The notes beneath the pieces were generated by a model that had not been told where the DNA came from, did not search any database, and saw nothing but the letters and a program-made list of their open reading frames with translations. The translations under genes and the position numbers were made by a program. This document shows, piece by piece, positions 19,123 through 29,138 of a stretch of 64,000 nt of DNA (positions within the stretch are counted from its first letter, which is position 1; every line of letters begins with the position of its first letter). The stretch is taken from positions 62,001 to 126,000 of IMG/VR virus record IMGVR_UViG_3300027816_000052; one strand, written 5' to 3'.

Positions 19123-19752
19123 TTAATTTATTTGTAAATTATCAATAAAAAGGTAATCATGTACCACAAATTTATCTATTTTAGAATAGTTGTTTTTTTT
19201 CATAAAATCAAAAATTTCATCTTTATGTGTCGCCTCTATTAAAATATACTTAGGTCTGTATTTTTTAATATTCATTCCCATTAATACTTCTAACTCATGA
19301 CCCTCAACATCCAATGAAAAAAAATCAATTTTTTCTACTTTTTTTTCGTCTAAAATTGTTTCTAGTTTTTTTGTTGTTAAACTTAAAACATTTTTTTTTA
19401 AACTTTGACAGCGTTCGCCTTCTATTATCCAATCATTATCAGCGTCTTCTGATTTTCTAGAATTTTTTATAAAAGACATTAGATTAACATCATAAAAAAT
19501 AATTTCTTCATTTTCTGTATTTGATAGACAACAATTATAACAATTTGAGTTTGGTCTATTTTTTTTCATTAATTCAAATTTATGTGGTAATGCTTCTATT
19601 AAGATACCGCTCCAATTTTTATAGAATTCTAAATGCGCTGTATTTGATTGAAACATTCCATCATTTCCTCCAACTTCTATATAAAACCCAAATTCAAAAT
19701 TTAGGTACCTATCAATAATTTGTTTATCTATTTTTTCAACACCATAATACAT
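19123..19752 (-). CDS. FkbM-family methyltransferase
   Basis: YIEVGGNDG..SNT...W.GILIEA...IDFFSLDVEGHELEVL. Confidence 0.9.
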   Translation of the reverse strand: MYYGVEKIDKQIIDRYLNFEFGFYIEVGGNDGMFQSNTAHLEFYKNWSGILIEALPHKFELMKKNRPNSNCYNCCLSNTENEEIIFYDVNLMSFIKNSRKSEDADNDWIIEGERCQSLKKNVLSLTTKKLETILDEKKVEKIDFFSLDVEGHELEVLMGMNIKKYRPKYILIEATHKDEIFDFMKKNNYSKIDKFVVHDYLFIDNLQIN

Positions 19753-19754
19753 AC

Positions 19755-20597
19755 TTATAATTCTTTAGATTTATTTTTTATTAAATTTAACCAATAACTA
19801 TATTTTAAACTTTCTCTGCTATTATTTTTTACTTTTTTTATTTCATTTTTTATAAAAACAAAATCTTTTAATTTTTCTTCATCGTTAATATAAACAACTG
19901 GTAAATTTTTATATATTTTTTCATATATTATTTTGTAATCATTAAATGGTCCTACAACTATTGGTATGCCTCCGAGATAAAGAGTTTCATATGTACGAAT
20001 ACATTCAATTCCATTTCCTCTTGGGGAGATTACACCAAGATATGATTTTACATAATTACTAAATTCTTTAAAAGAAATTTCATCATAAGAATCTACATAA
20101 TCAAGTTCATTACAAATATTTTTTATTTTTTGTCTTAAATCATAATTTGTATTTACCCTAAAATTAGAAATCAATTTTTCTTTTATTATTGGCTGCGGAA
20201 TCAAATGTGGGTTTAGTAAATATTCTTTTTTTTCAAAAATACCTTCATTTATTATACCATGACCTAATCTAATAGGTAATATATCTATTTCAATACCCAA
20301 CGGTATTGGAGTGACTTTATCACTATTACAATTTGTGTTAGTTGCAAAAATGTGATAAACATTTTCAGGACATAAAGATAATCGTCTATCGTCAAAAGTT
20401 ATGTCACCATTTGCTATTATTAGAACACACTTATTATTTTTATTTTTTAATCTTATAAATTCTTTTTCTATAAAATCTATTTTACAAAAAACTATTTTTT
20501 CGTCATCATGTAAATCATTACAGAACCTAGTCATTTGAATTAACTCATGATTAATCATCATTATTAATTTTTTTTTTAATTTTAGCAGGGTTTCCAA
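19755..20597 (-). CDS. exostosin/GT47-like glycosyltransferase
   Basis: ISPRGNGIECIRTYETLYLGGIPIV; the real start may be the MM near 20561. Confidence 0.6.
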   Translation of the reverse strand: METLLKLKKKLIMMINHELIQMTRFCNDLHDDEKIVFCKIDFIEKEFIRLKNKNNKCVLIIANGDITFDDRRLSLCPENVYHIFATNTNCNSDKVTPIPLGIEIDILPIRLGHGIINEGIFEKKEYLLNPHLIPQPIIKEKLISNFRVNTNYDLRQKIKNICNELDYVDSYDEISFKEFSNYVKSYLGVISPRGNGIECIRTYETLYLGGIPIVVGPFNDYKIIYEKIYKNLPVVYINDEEKLKDFVFIKNEIKKVKNNSRESLKYSYWLNLIKNKSKEL

Positions 20598-21036
20598 AAA
20601 CTAAACTATTATCTGGAACATCTTTTGTAACGACAGAACCAGCACCTATTAAACTATTTTCACCAATAACTATACCGCAAATTATAACACTATTAGCACC
20701 AATTGAACATCTTTTCTTAAATAAAGTTTTTCTAAACCTATCATTATTTTTCCAATCACCATCAACTTTTGGTCTATAATCATTTGTTGTTACCGTATTT
20801 GGACCTAAAAATACGTTGTCCTCTAATGTAACACCCTCATAAATTAATGAATTATTTTGTATTTTACAATTATTACCAATAATAACGTTTGGACCGATAT
20901 AAACCCCTTCACCAATAGTACAATTTTTACCTATTTTTGCGTTTTTACAAACATGTGAAAATGCCCATATTTTAGTATTTTCACCAATATCTTCTGTCTC
21001 AACTATTGATGTTTCATGTAAAAAATAATTTTTCAT
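20551..21036 (-). CDS. hexapeptide-repeat sugar N-acetyltransferase (WbpD/FdtC-like)
   Basis: IGENTKIWAFSHV..A.IG.NC.IG...; VFLGPN...TND..P; IGAGSVVTKDVP...GNPA. Confidence 0.9.
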   Translation of the reverse strand: MKNYFLHETSIVETEDIGENTKIWAFSHVCKNAKIGKNCTIGEGVYIGPNVIIGNNCKIQNNSLIYEGVTLEDNVFLGPNTVTTNDYRPKVDGDWKNNDRFRKTLFKKRCSIGANSVIICGIVIGENSLIGAGSVVTKDVPDNSLVFGNPAKIKKKINNDD

Positions 21037-21038
21037 AA

Positions 21039-21827
21039 TTAGATAAATTTTGGAATATTAAAAAATAAATTATCTAAATAAGTTTTATGATGATTATAAG
21101 GTCTACATGCATGACATTCTATAAAGAAATTAGAATTTAATTTTGATATATCATAAGATACTTCATTATGTCTATGACAATCAATTCGTCTATTTAAAAA
21201 AGTTGACGCTAAACTCAAGCTTGAAATTCTTGATTTATCTTCAAACGAGGAAAGTATTTTACAACTATAAGCTTCATCCGTACCCCATTTATCTCCCCAC
21301 ATTGTTTTAAGATTTAAAGAATTTATTTTTTTTATTTCCAATTCAAATGATTCTTCAAATTTATAAATATCACAAAAAGTCTGTCCTTTTGCAATATGAT
21401 ATGCTGAAGGACTAAATCCTCCTTCATCCCATTTTTTGGGATATTTGTTTTCAAATTTATATTGGTCGTCAATTAACATAATATAATTATTTTCGTCAAT
21501 TAAGTTAATAGTTTCTTTAAAAAAATAAGTCCCTAATGGTATTTGATCAATACCCATTATAATACAAGTTTCACTTGGATAAAATTTAGTAAAATAAAAT
21601 AAAGCCCAAGTGTATTGCCATTCTGAGATATTAGATATTTTTTTCTCAATTAAAATTTCACCGTATTCAGTAGATAAATTTGCATTTTTTAATTCATCTT
21701 CTTCACCAAAAAAGATTAAAGTTGGGGTTATGCCGAATTTTTCTTTATAAGTATATGATAAATTATTCCAAAAATCATAATATAAAGGGTTATTATTAGT
21801 TACTAATATTACTCTATCTATTTTCAT
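21039..21827 (-). CDS. putative glycosyltransferase
   Basis: Located in the GT island; MGIDQIPL (DxD-like), WGTDE, RIDC motifs. Confidence 0.45.
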   Translation of the reverse strand: MKIDRVILVTNNNPLYYDFWNNLSYTYKEKFGITPTLIFFGEEDELKNANLSTEYGEILIEKKISNISEWQYTWALFYFTKFYPSETCIIMGIDQIPLGTYFFKETINLIDENNYIMLIDDQYKFENKYPKKWDEGGFSPSAYHIAKGQTFCDIYKFEESFELEIKKINSLNLKTMWGDKWGTDEAYSCKILSSFEDKSRISSLSLASTFLNRRIDCHRHNEVSYDISKLNSNFFIECHACRPYNHHKTYLDNLFFNIPKFI

Positions 21828-21833
21828 TTGTTA

Positions 21834-22643
21834 TTAATTAATTTGTACATTATGACTTGCGTGATAATAAGAAATTGTTTTACATTCACTGTAATGTTTT
21901 TCGTTAATTAGCGTTGATAAAATCATACCCCAAATAGGTAAATCGCCCCATCTATTACTATATATTCCGTGAGATAAATCAATTTTTTTTAAAATTTTAT
22001 TCAAAATTTTATTATTTCTTAAAAAGTCAACATTAACAATCATAAAATTAGTATAAGGACATTTGATATTATTAAATGTTTTATGTGGCTGAATATTTGT
22101 TTCAATTAAAAATTCGTTTAATAATCTTTCAAGACCCACAATAACTCTACTATCATCTTGATCTTGAAATTTTGGGCTTACAAAATAAATTTCTTTTTCA
22201 TTCATCTCATTTAAAATATTATTATCAAATTTGGTAATAAAACAATCTTCATCAATTCTTATAATAAATTTATAATCCTTAAGGTATTCTAAAAAATCTA
22301 TTGACCAAAAATGACACATATGTTTATAACCTAACGGAAAATGTGAGGATAAAAAATTAGGAGGACATAAATCATTATTAATTATATTTTTATTATTATC
22401 GAACGCTTTTTTATTTCCACATTCTTTAACATTTTTAAAAATTAAACTTTGTTTTGAATTATTGGAAATATATAATTGATGATCTTCCGGAATATTTCCT
22501 TCATGAAATATTACCATATCAAAATCAAAATTAGATTTACTAATTATATTTTCATAAATTAATGTATTACGTTTAATTAACGAATTATATTGTGATACAT
22601 TTTCATAGCCTCTAGTTAAGACTGTTATCGCTATTTTGTTCAT
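21834..22643 (-). CDS. GT15 (KRE2/Mnt1-like) mannosyltransferase
   Basis: GYKHMCHFW, IRIDED, YTNF, GIYSNRWGDLPI are GT15 hallmarks. Confidence 0.8.
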   Translation of the reverse strand: MNKIAITVLTRGYENVSQYNSLIKRNTLIYENIISKSNFDFDMVIFHEGNIPEDHQLYISNNSKQSLIFKNVKECGNKKAFDNNKNIINNDLCPPNFLSSHFPLGYKHMCHFWSIDFLEYLKDYKFIIRIDEDCFITKFDNNILNEMNEKEIYFVSPKFQDQDDSRVIVGLERLLNEFLIETNIQPHKTFNNIKCPYTNFMIVNVDFLRNNKILNKILKKIDLSHGIYSNRWGDLPIWGMILSTLINEKHYSECKTISYYHASHNVQIN

Positions 22644-22651
22644 ATCTTTAT

Positions 22652-23377
22652 TTAATTTTTATACATAAAGTTTAATATATGTAAATCCTCGACATCACAA
22701 AAATCATATTGAGTCCTAATCCAATCACTTTCTTTTTTAGGGATACCGGTATCAGCTTGACTTCTAACACACCTATCTTTCCAATCATCAAATGTTTTAT
22801 GGTGATAATGATTTAATTGTGCAATATCGTCAGTCCCATTTTCATTAAATGGTCCAGTAAAATAATTTTTAGCTGTATTCATAATTTTTACATTCGGATA
22901 ATGAGGACTAACCATAATACTATCTGATTGTAAATTTAGTATTGTTTTAATATGTTTATCAACATCTTTTTGTCTTATAGTAAATTGTTTAATTAATGAA
23001 TTACTATTTTCACTTCTTGTCAACCTACCACAAGCGCCGAAAAAAACCCAATTAATTCCAATACCATAAGGATTATTAAACTCGTTTATAAAATCTTTAA
23101 TATTTTGATGTTTTTTTAAAACTAAAAATTCATCAACATCAAAGAAAGCTACCCAATCATATTTAGTTTTATATTTTTTAATAAAATCATTATACGCGGA
23201 TATCTGTCTAGCAATACCATCATATTTTATTTTTTTAATAAAATCGTGTTCTAAATTACAAATCCAATCATTTTCATAAATGATTATATCATCAAAACCT
23301 AATTTTTTATGATACAATACCCATTCTTTTATATAGAAATCTTCCATTTTAGCTATACAAACTAATGCAACTCTCAT
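22652..23377 (-). CDS. glycosyltransferase, GT92/GT2_4-like
   Basis: IKEWVLYHKKLGFD.I.IYEN...Q..AYN...WVAFFDVDEF...NW..FG...LNHY. Confidence 0.8.
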   Translation of the reverse strand: MRVALVCIAKMEDFYIKEWVLYHKKLGFDDIIIYENDWICNLEHDFIKKIKYDGIARQISAYNDFIKKYKTKYDWVAFFDVDEFLVLKKHQNIKDFINEFNNPYGIGINWVFFGACGRLTRSENSNSLIKQFTIRQKDVDKHIKTILNLQSDSIMVSPHYPNVKIMNTAKNYFTGPFNENGTDDIAQLNHYHHKTFDDWKDRCVRSQADTGIPKKESDWIRTQYDFCDVEDLHILNFMYKN

Positions 23378-23378
23378 A

Positions 23379-24119
23379 TTATAACAATTTATTATAATTA
23401 TTTATAAACTTTTGTTCACCAATTCCTTGTGTTTGATGACTATCAAATTGAAAATGTGTAATTGTATTATTTAGTATTTTATATGGTATTTGATTTAACA
23501 AATAAAAAACACTAATACTTCTTTCAATCTCATGTCCGGAAAAAATTGATTTTTTAATATCGTTAACTAAAATATCAACCCATTCCATGTATTCATTAAA
23601 CCTATCAAGTTTAAACGTATGATTAGATGTCATACTGCAAATAGTATTTTTAGGTAAAGACTCAATAAAATCAATTATATTAATATTATAGTTTTTAATC
23701 AAAGAAGTAATTAAATTTTGACTCCAAGGTGTATGACGTAAATATTCATATGAATGAACGTTATGTGGTATATAGCCAAAAATATCAAATTTTTTAGTTT
23801 CTATAACTTCATTTAAAATCTCCTCTAAATTAGATATTGTATTTATATCATATTCAAATAAGTTTATATACTTACCTTTAAGTAAATTATTTTTCCATAA
23901 AGCATACCAACCGGTATATGATGTTAATTTAGGATATTCTTCAATATTATTTTCTAAATTTCTTGCTATAATCACATTATCTAAATTTTCTAATTTAGAT
24001 ATATCGTTTTTACCTAAAAAAACATACGTTAAATTACTAAAATTATTAAATTTTTTATGTCTAATAAAATCTAAAATAATATCTTGATTATGAACAAATA
24101 TAAATGTTTGAAACGTCAT
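23379..24119 (-). CDS. putative glycosyltransferase
   Basis: Located in the GT island; LTSYTGWYALWKN, FEYD, GHEIER. Confidence 0.5.
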   Translation of the reverse strand: MTFQTFIFVHNQDIILDFIRHKKFNNFSNLTYVFLGKNDISKLENLDNVIIARNLENNIEEYPKLTSYTGWYALWKNNLLKGKYINLFEYDINTISNLEEILNEVIETKKFDIFGYIPHNVHSYEYLRHTPWSQNLITSLIKNYNINIIDFIESLPKNTICSMTSNHTFKLDRFNEYMEWVDILVNDIKKSIFSGHEIERSISVFYLLNQIPYKILNNTITHFQFDSHQTQGIGEQKFINNYNKLL

Positions 24120-24127
24120 GAATAAAC

Positions 24128-25627
24128 TTAATTAGTTATGAAAAACTTATTTAATTTTCTCATATTATCAATAACAAATGGTGCTAAATTTTTGTTATAG
24201 TCGTTATTCATTAAATAAGAATCCTCATCATTTTCTTTTCTAGTCTGAGACTCATAATGATAAGAAACTAAATTACCATCCAAATAATTTTCAAAACCTA
24301 AAGTAAGGTAATTAAGATTTAATTCGACATCTTCAAAACATGATTGATATGTTTCATTAAACATACCACATTTTTCAAATAAAGTCTTTTTAGTCATCAT
24401 TAATCCGCCCGTATTACCAATTACTTTTTTAAGTGACGTTGAATGATTATAGTATGATTTAAATCCAACGTGTCCAAGAACAAATTTTTTATTCTTATCG
24501 AATCCTGCAAAGATTCCATCATGCTGAACCGTATTATCTCCGAAATGTAATCTACATCCAACAGTTCCAGCTTTATTATTTTCTTTAAAAACTTTTAACA
24601 TACCATAAATAACATTATTTAATAACTTAATATCGTTATTGCAAAATAATAAAAATTCATAATCATTTGTAACATGATTTTTTACAACATCGTTATTAAT
24701 TTTAGCAAAATTATAATAATCATATTCAATTAATTTAATATCACCGAGTGGTAAGATATTATCTTTAATCCATTCTTTTTCATCCGCCGATGAACCAGTA
24801 TCTGCAATAAAAATATCAAATAAGTTTGGATTGCAATGGTCATAAAAAGATTTAACACAATCAAATAACATTTGAACCTTACCTTTAGTTGGGATTATTA
24901 CCGCAACTTTACTGAAACCTTTTATTGACTTTTCTTTTATCTCAGGAACGAATATTTTTTCTGGTTTTAAATCTAATGGTAATTTACTTCCCCATTTTTC
25001 CAAGAATTTATTTTTGCTCTCCCAAAACTCTTGGTTTGGTTGTCCAATTGATTGATGTGTGATTTCAAAAGAAGATGTAACACCAATTTTAACTCCATCT
25101 AAATAATTAGGTACGCAAAATAAATGATCATAAAAATGGAATTTACCTATTGTTTCATCGAATCTATGTTTGATTTTATTTTTATCAAATGCAATAAACA
25201 ATCCATCAATTGTTACAACGGGAATTAAAAATGGAAATTTTGGTGAATATTTACTTAACCATTTCTTTTGACCCTCAGGGTGATGATAAACTTGACCAAC
25301 CATTGTTTGTTGCATTCTTTCCCAATAAACACCTGATTCCGGAAAATAACAAGAACCAGCTTTACCAATTATACCAAAATCAGGATTTTCATTAAAATCT
25401 TTTGATAACTTTACTCCCCAGTTGGTTTCTAATTTTATATCATCATGAATCAAAACAACAATATCATTGTTTGATTCTGAAATAATTTCATTATAAACAG
25501 TTGATAATGATTTAATTCCGGGATTAACTTTCTCAATAACTTGAACGTTTTTTAAACCACAAGTATCGATGATGTATTTAGTAAAGTTTGGTTTACTAGA
25601 TTTTGTACTATATCCGATTGTAATCAT
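24128..25627 (-). CDS. two-domain GT2 glycosyltransferase
   Basis: N-domain IHDD...IDGLF...FHFYD; C-domain VIIPT...NFAKINN...FCNND...VG.RL...QHDG...EDVEL..HYES. Confidence 0.85.
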   Translation of the reverse strand: MITIGYSTKSSKPNFTKYIIDTCGLKNVQVIEKVNPGIKSLSTVYNEIISESNNDIVVLIHDDIKLETNWGVKLSKDFNENPDFGIIGKAGSCYFPESGVYWERMQQTMVGQVYHHPEGQKKWLSKYSPKFPFLIPVVTIDGLFIAFDKNKIKHRFDETIGKFHFYDHLFCVPNYLDGVKIGVTSSFEITHQSIGQPNQEFWESKNKFLEKWGSKLPLDLKPEKIFVPEIKEKSIKGFSKVAVIIPTKGKVQMLFDCVKSFYDHCNPNLFDIFIADTGSSADEKEWIKDNILPLGDIKLIEYDYYNFAKINNDVVKNHVTNDYEFLLFCNNDIKLLNNVIYGMLKVFKENNKAGTVGCRLHFGDNTVQHDGIFAGFDKNKKFVLGHVGFKSYYNHSTSLKKVIGNTGGLMMTKKTLFEKCGMFNETYQSCFEDVELNLNYLTLGFENYLDGNLVSYHYESQTRKENDEDSYLMNNDYNKNLAPFVIDNMRKLNKFFITN

Positions 25628-25715
25628 TAAAATTTATTAAAAATATAAAAAATTTTCTTAAGAAAATCAATCTTTTTTTTTTGGATATATTTATAATGTA
25701 TAAAACATTATAAAA

Positions 25716-26000
25716 ATGAGAACAAAAAATAAAAAACCAACAAGAATAACTGAAAAACAGTTAGTAGCAATACTTAAAAAAGTAATTAATGAGCAAGATT
25801 CTTCAGAATATGATGATAATGAAGATGAAAAAGAAGAACATATTAAATTTATTGAAGATGCGGTATATGATTCGGCAATGAGTATTATAGGAAATTTAAT
25901 AGCGGTTATTGATGACAACTATGAAGAAGGTATTGTTTTTGCTTTAGAGGAATTGGATTCTATTAAAAAAATTATAATGGATGTAAAAACAAGTTATTAA
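25716..26000 (+). CDS. acidic protein with head-leader motif
   Basis: TRITEKQLVAILKKVINEQ; ATATTTAT at 25687. Confidence 0.65.
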   Translation: MRTKNKKPTRITEKQLVAILKKVINEQDSSEYDDNEDEKEEHIKFIEDAVYDSAMSIIGNLIAVIDDNYEEGIVFALEELDSIKKIIMDVKTSY

Positions 26001-26001
26001 T

Positions 26002-26415
26002 ATGAAAAATTTATTAAAAATTACAGAAGACGAAAAAAAGCATATTTTAACTATGCACAAAACCAAAATTAATGAAAGTGATTTTGGTAGAATTGCTGGC
26101 GCTATTGCGGCAACAGGAGCAATAATGACACTAATATTGGCGCAAAGAGCGGTCGATATTTATGATTCAGAAGGAAATTCTGTTGAGGCTAATGTTGGTG
26201 ATACATATACTGGTATTGTAACTGAAATGGTAGCAAAACCAAAAATGGGATTTGTTGTTAAAATGGAAACAGATGATGGTCATACTTTAGATTTCATGAC
26301 ATATTACAATAATTTTGTAACAGGTGATAAAATTAAGGTTGTTATTGGACGAGAATTTAATTCAGGTGGAATGATGGTGTTTCCTGATGTAACACACACA
26401 GAAAAAGTTAAATAA
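26002..26415 (+). CDS. protein with head-leader motif, one hydrophobic helix and an OB-like beta domain
   Basis: KITEDEKKHILTMHKTKINES, then IAGAIAATGAIMTLILA. Confidence 0.65.
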   Translation: MKNLLKITEDEKKHILTMHKTKINESDFGRIAGAIAATGAIMTLILAQRAVDIYDSEGNSVEANVGDTYTGIVTEMVAKPKMGFVVKMETDDGHTLDFMTYYNNFVTGDKIKVVIGREFNSGGMMVFPDVTHTEKVK

Positions 26416-26436
26416 TAAGTTTTATATTTTTAATAA

Positions 26437-26474
26437 AAATTCCCCCACTAGTTTTTAGCTAATTGGGGGAATTT
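26437..26474. terminator. intrinsic terminator between convergent genes
   Basis: aaattccccca...tgggggaattt 11-bp stem. Confidence 0.7.
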
Positions 26475-26487
26475 ACTATTAAAAAAT

Positions 26488-27069
26488 TTAAATTCCAGTC
26501 GATCCAAACCCGTTTGAACCTCTTGTTTTTTCGTTTATTACGTCAACCTCAGAAACTGAAACATAACCACCACAGATTGCAGGTGATAAAACACCTTGTC
26601 CAACCTTCATTCCCTTTTTAATAACAATATCATGACCATTGGTGTTAAACAATATAACTTTTACCTCTGAAGTGTATCCATTATCTATTGTCGCAGGAGA
26701 ATTTAATACCATTAATCCCTGATTAATCGCTAGACCGCTTTTACTTCTAATTTGTAACTCATGTCCAGCGGGTAAATCAAAAGCTAATCCAGTCGGAATT
26801 AAAGCCCTTCCAAACGGTCCAATTGTTACCTCTTCAGTCGAATGAAAATCAAATCCCGAATCACCATCATAATTATATTTTGGTAAAACAGCATCGGGAT
26901 GAAGTTTCTTAACGTTTAATTCAATTTTTGGTTGCGCCATGCTAAATAATGTTGTAAATTCATCAAGTTCAGAATCAATTTCATCACCAATAGTTTCTTG
27001 CCAATTAGGTGATTGCATTTTCTGTTTAAGTTGTTCTAATTTTTCTCTAAGTTCATCAAGACTATCCAT
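26488..27069 (-). CDS. dut: trimeric dUTPase
   Basis: GDSGFD, IRSKSG, ATIDNGY, GQG, RGSNGFGSTG motifs. Confidence 0.93.
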   Translation of the reverse strand: MDSLDELREKLEQLKQKMQSPNWQETIGDEIDSELDEFTTLFSMAQPKIELNVKKLHPDAVLPKYNYDGDSGFDFHSTEEVTIGPFGRALIPTGLAFDLPAGHELQIRSKSGLAINQGLMVLNSPATIDNGYTSEVKVILFNTNGHDIVIKKGMKVGQGVLSPAICGGYVSVSEVDVINEKTRGSNGFGSTGI

Positions 27070-27070
27070 G

Positions 27071-27769
27071 TTAATTTAATTTTTCAAGTTTAGATACGAC
27101 CATCATTAATACCTCGACATCTTTCTCACAATATTCAGCAATTTCTTTAGTCCCCTTGCTCCAATAATGTTCATGTACTTTACTTCCATTTACTTCACCA
27201 GTTTTAGATGAGTCAACACCAAGAGAAGCACACATTAATTCGAGAGTTGCGATTGAGAAATTATTACCATATTGCCAAAAATCTTTTGTATCAATTGCTT
27301 TAACCTCCCAAGGTTTTGTATCAAATGCGGGAAGAATAGCTGGTGGTTTTATTCCATTAATAATCATTCGTTTACATAGCATTGGGATATCGAATAATTT
27401 AATATTATGACCACACAAACTAAAATCCATTTTTGCAACTTTATTAAGCAAAGCCTTAACTTCACTTAATAATGTTTTTTCATCCTCATTTGAAAACGTT
27501 TGAATTTTAATTTCTCCATCAGGAGTTATAAAACCAAAGCTAGCAACAATTATTTTACCAAATTCAGGTAATAAAGCCGATTTACTTAAATAAAGTTCGT
27601 CAATTGTTAAATCTTTATCTTCAGGATATCGTTTTCTAAACCAGTCTTGGTATTTCTCAAACTGAATCGCTAAACTTGGATGATTTTCCTTTAAGGTTGT
27701 GAAGTCTTTTTCAAGCCCAACCGTTTCCAAATCAAAAAAAAGGATTTTACTAATAGGTTTATTAAACAT
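27071..27769 (-). CDS. stand-alone DnaQ/PolB-type 3'-5' exonuclease
   Basis: FFDLET, GHNIKLFDIP, YCEKDV (DEDDy). Confidence 0.85.
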   Translation of the reverse strand: MFNKPISKILFFDLETVGLEKDFTTLKENHPSLAIQFEKYQDWFRKRYPEDKDLTIDELYLSKSALLPEFGKIIVASFGFITPDGEIKIQTFSNEDEKTLLSEVKALLNKVAKMDFSLCGHNIKLFDIPMLCKRMIINGIKPPAILPAFDTKPWEVKAIDTKDFWQYGNNFSIATLELMCASLGVDSSKTGEVNGSKVHEHYWSKGTKEIAEYCEKDVEVLMMVVSKLEKLN

Positions 27770-27773
27770 TTTT

Positions 27774-29023
27774 TTAAATTATTGATTTATAAAATTCCGC
27801 TCTGTTTTTAGTAACAATTGATAATTCATATTTATCTTTGACTGTTTCATAAAGTCTTTCACCAAGGTCTTTAGCCCAATTTGGATTTTGAATAAGTTTC
27901 TTCATGTACTTTGCCCAATCACCATGATTTCTATTTTCATTTACCAAAAGTGCATTACCATCAACAAATTTACCATTTTCCAATGCATGGGTCAAGTCAA
28001 TGGTATATGGACCAACATCTGAAGCTATAATTGCTTTCTTATAGAAACCCGCTTCAATAACTTTAAGCTGCGATTTCATTCGATTAAACATATGATTCAT
28101 AATTGGTGCTAAGGATACATCAAATTTTGTATAATTCTTTGCATATGATGTTATTGGTCGGGTCCAAACTCTTTCATATGGTTCATTCTTAAATTTAGTT
28201 GTATCAAATTCAACAAATTTATCCAATTCTTTTTTATATTCCGGTGAAACCAAATTGTATTTATTTGTAAAAATTTCTTCATATTTAACCCACACCGTTT
28301 CATGTGGTTTAATTGGTCTTTTCTTTTGTTCACCAGTTTGCTGATTAATTTCAGTTATTTCACCTCTAGTATCAAAACCACAAAGGAAAACTTTCATTTT
28401 ATCTTTTTCTGATGAAAGTGCGTTAAATGTACCATCCAACAATTTTAAATCATGTAAGTGAGATGAACCACCTAACCAACCAAAACGAAGTCTCTCATCT
28501 TCTTCTGTAACACCTTTAAATTGTTCTGTTTTTGTATCAATTGCATTTGGAAATACAACAACATCATTATGGAATTTTCTTATTTGGTCAGCAAAAATTT
28601 CTGTTGTTGTTGTAATATATTTTGCATATCTAAGACTTTCAATAATCTTCTCATTAATTTTATGTTGTACAATTACCGAATGCAAAGGATGTTCTTTTGT
28701 GGGTAACCAATAATCATCGATATCTGCAATCGTGATAATACCCATATTGTTAAGCATTTTAACAATTTCTGGAGACCTATCATAATCTCTACCAATACTT
28801 CGATGGTAGTGAACAATTTGATATTGCTTCCAATAATTTAAATTATCAACTTGTGGGTCGTAATCGATATCCACATGAAAATCATCCGGATACATGTTTT
28901 GTAACATTATGTGGGGGTCTACTGATCTGTAGGAACCTAACCAACCCCCGAACGGTCAGATGGGAGTACTAAGACTCGAATCTTTTCACGACCGTTAAGG
29001 GGCGAAATTTGTGTGTTTGTCAT
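27774..29023 (-). CDS. GT4-like glycosyltransferase with a frame break at 28935-28939 (bypass, frameshift or pseudogene)
   Basis: Upstream frame MTNTQ...IRVLVLPSDRSGVG* (29023-28937) continues in another frame as SYRSVDPHIMLQ...; motifs DIDD, GWLGGSSH..DL, APIM...FNRMKSQLKVIEAG. Confidence 0.8.
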
Positions 29024-29138
29024 CTTTATCTATAAGATATAGTAATAATTTATTGTTTTTATAAATTATAATCAAAATTTTTGATTAGTTCAAGTTTTTT
29101 ATAATTTATTTTTTTAAACCAATAGAATATTTATAATT

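Noticed and set aside
28937-28939. Genome-wide TAG recoding (code 15) as the explanation for the GT break
   Set aside because: Reading through TAG in frame hits TAA six codons later and does not join the main ORF; other long genes are intact in the standard code.
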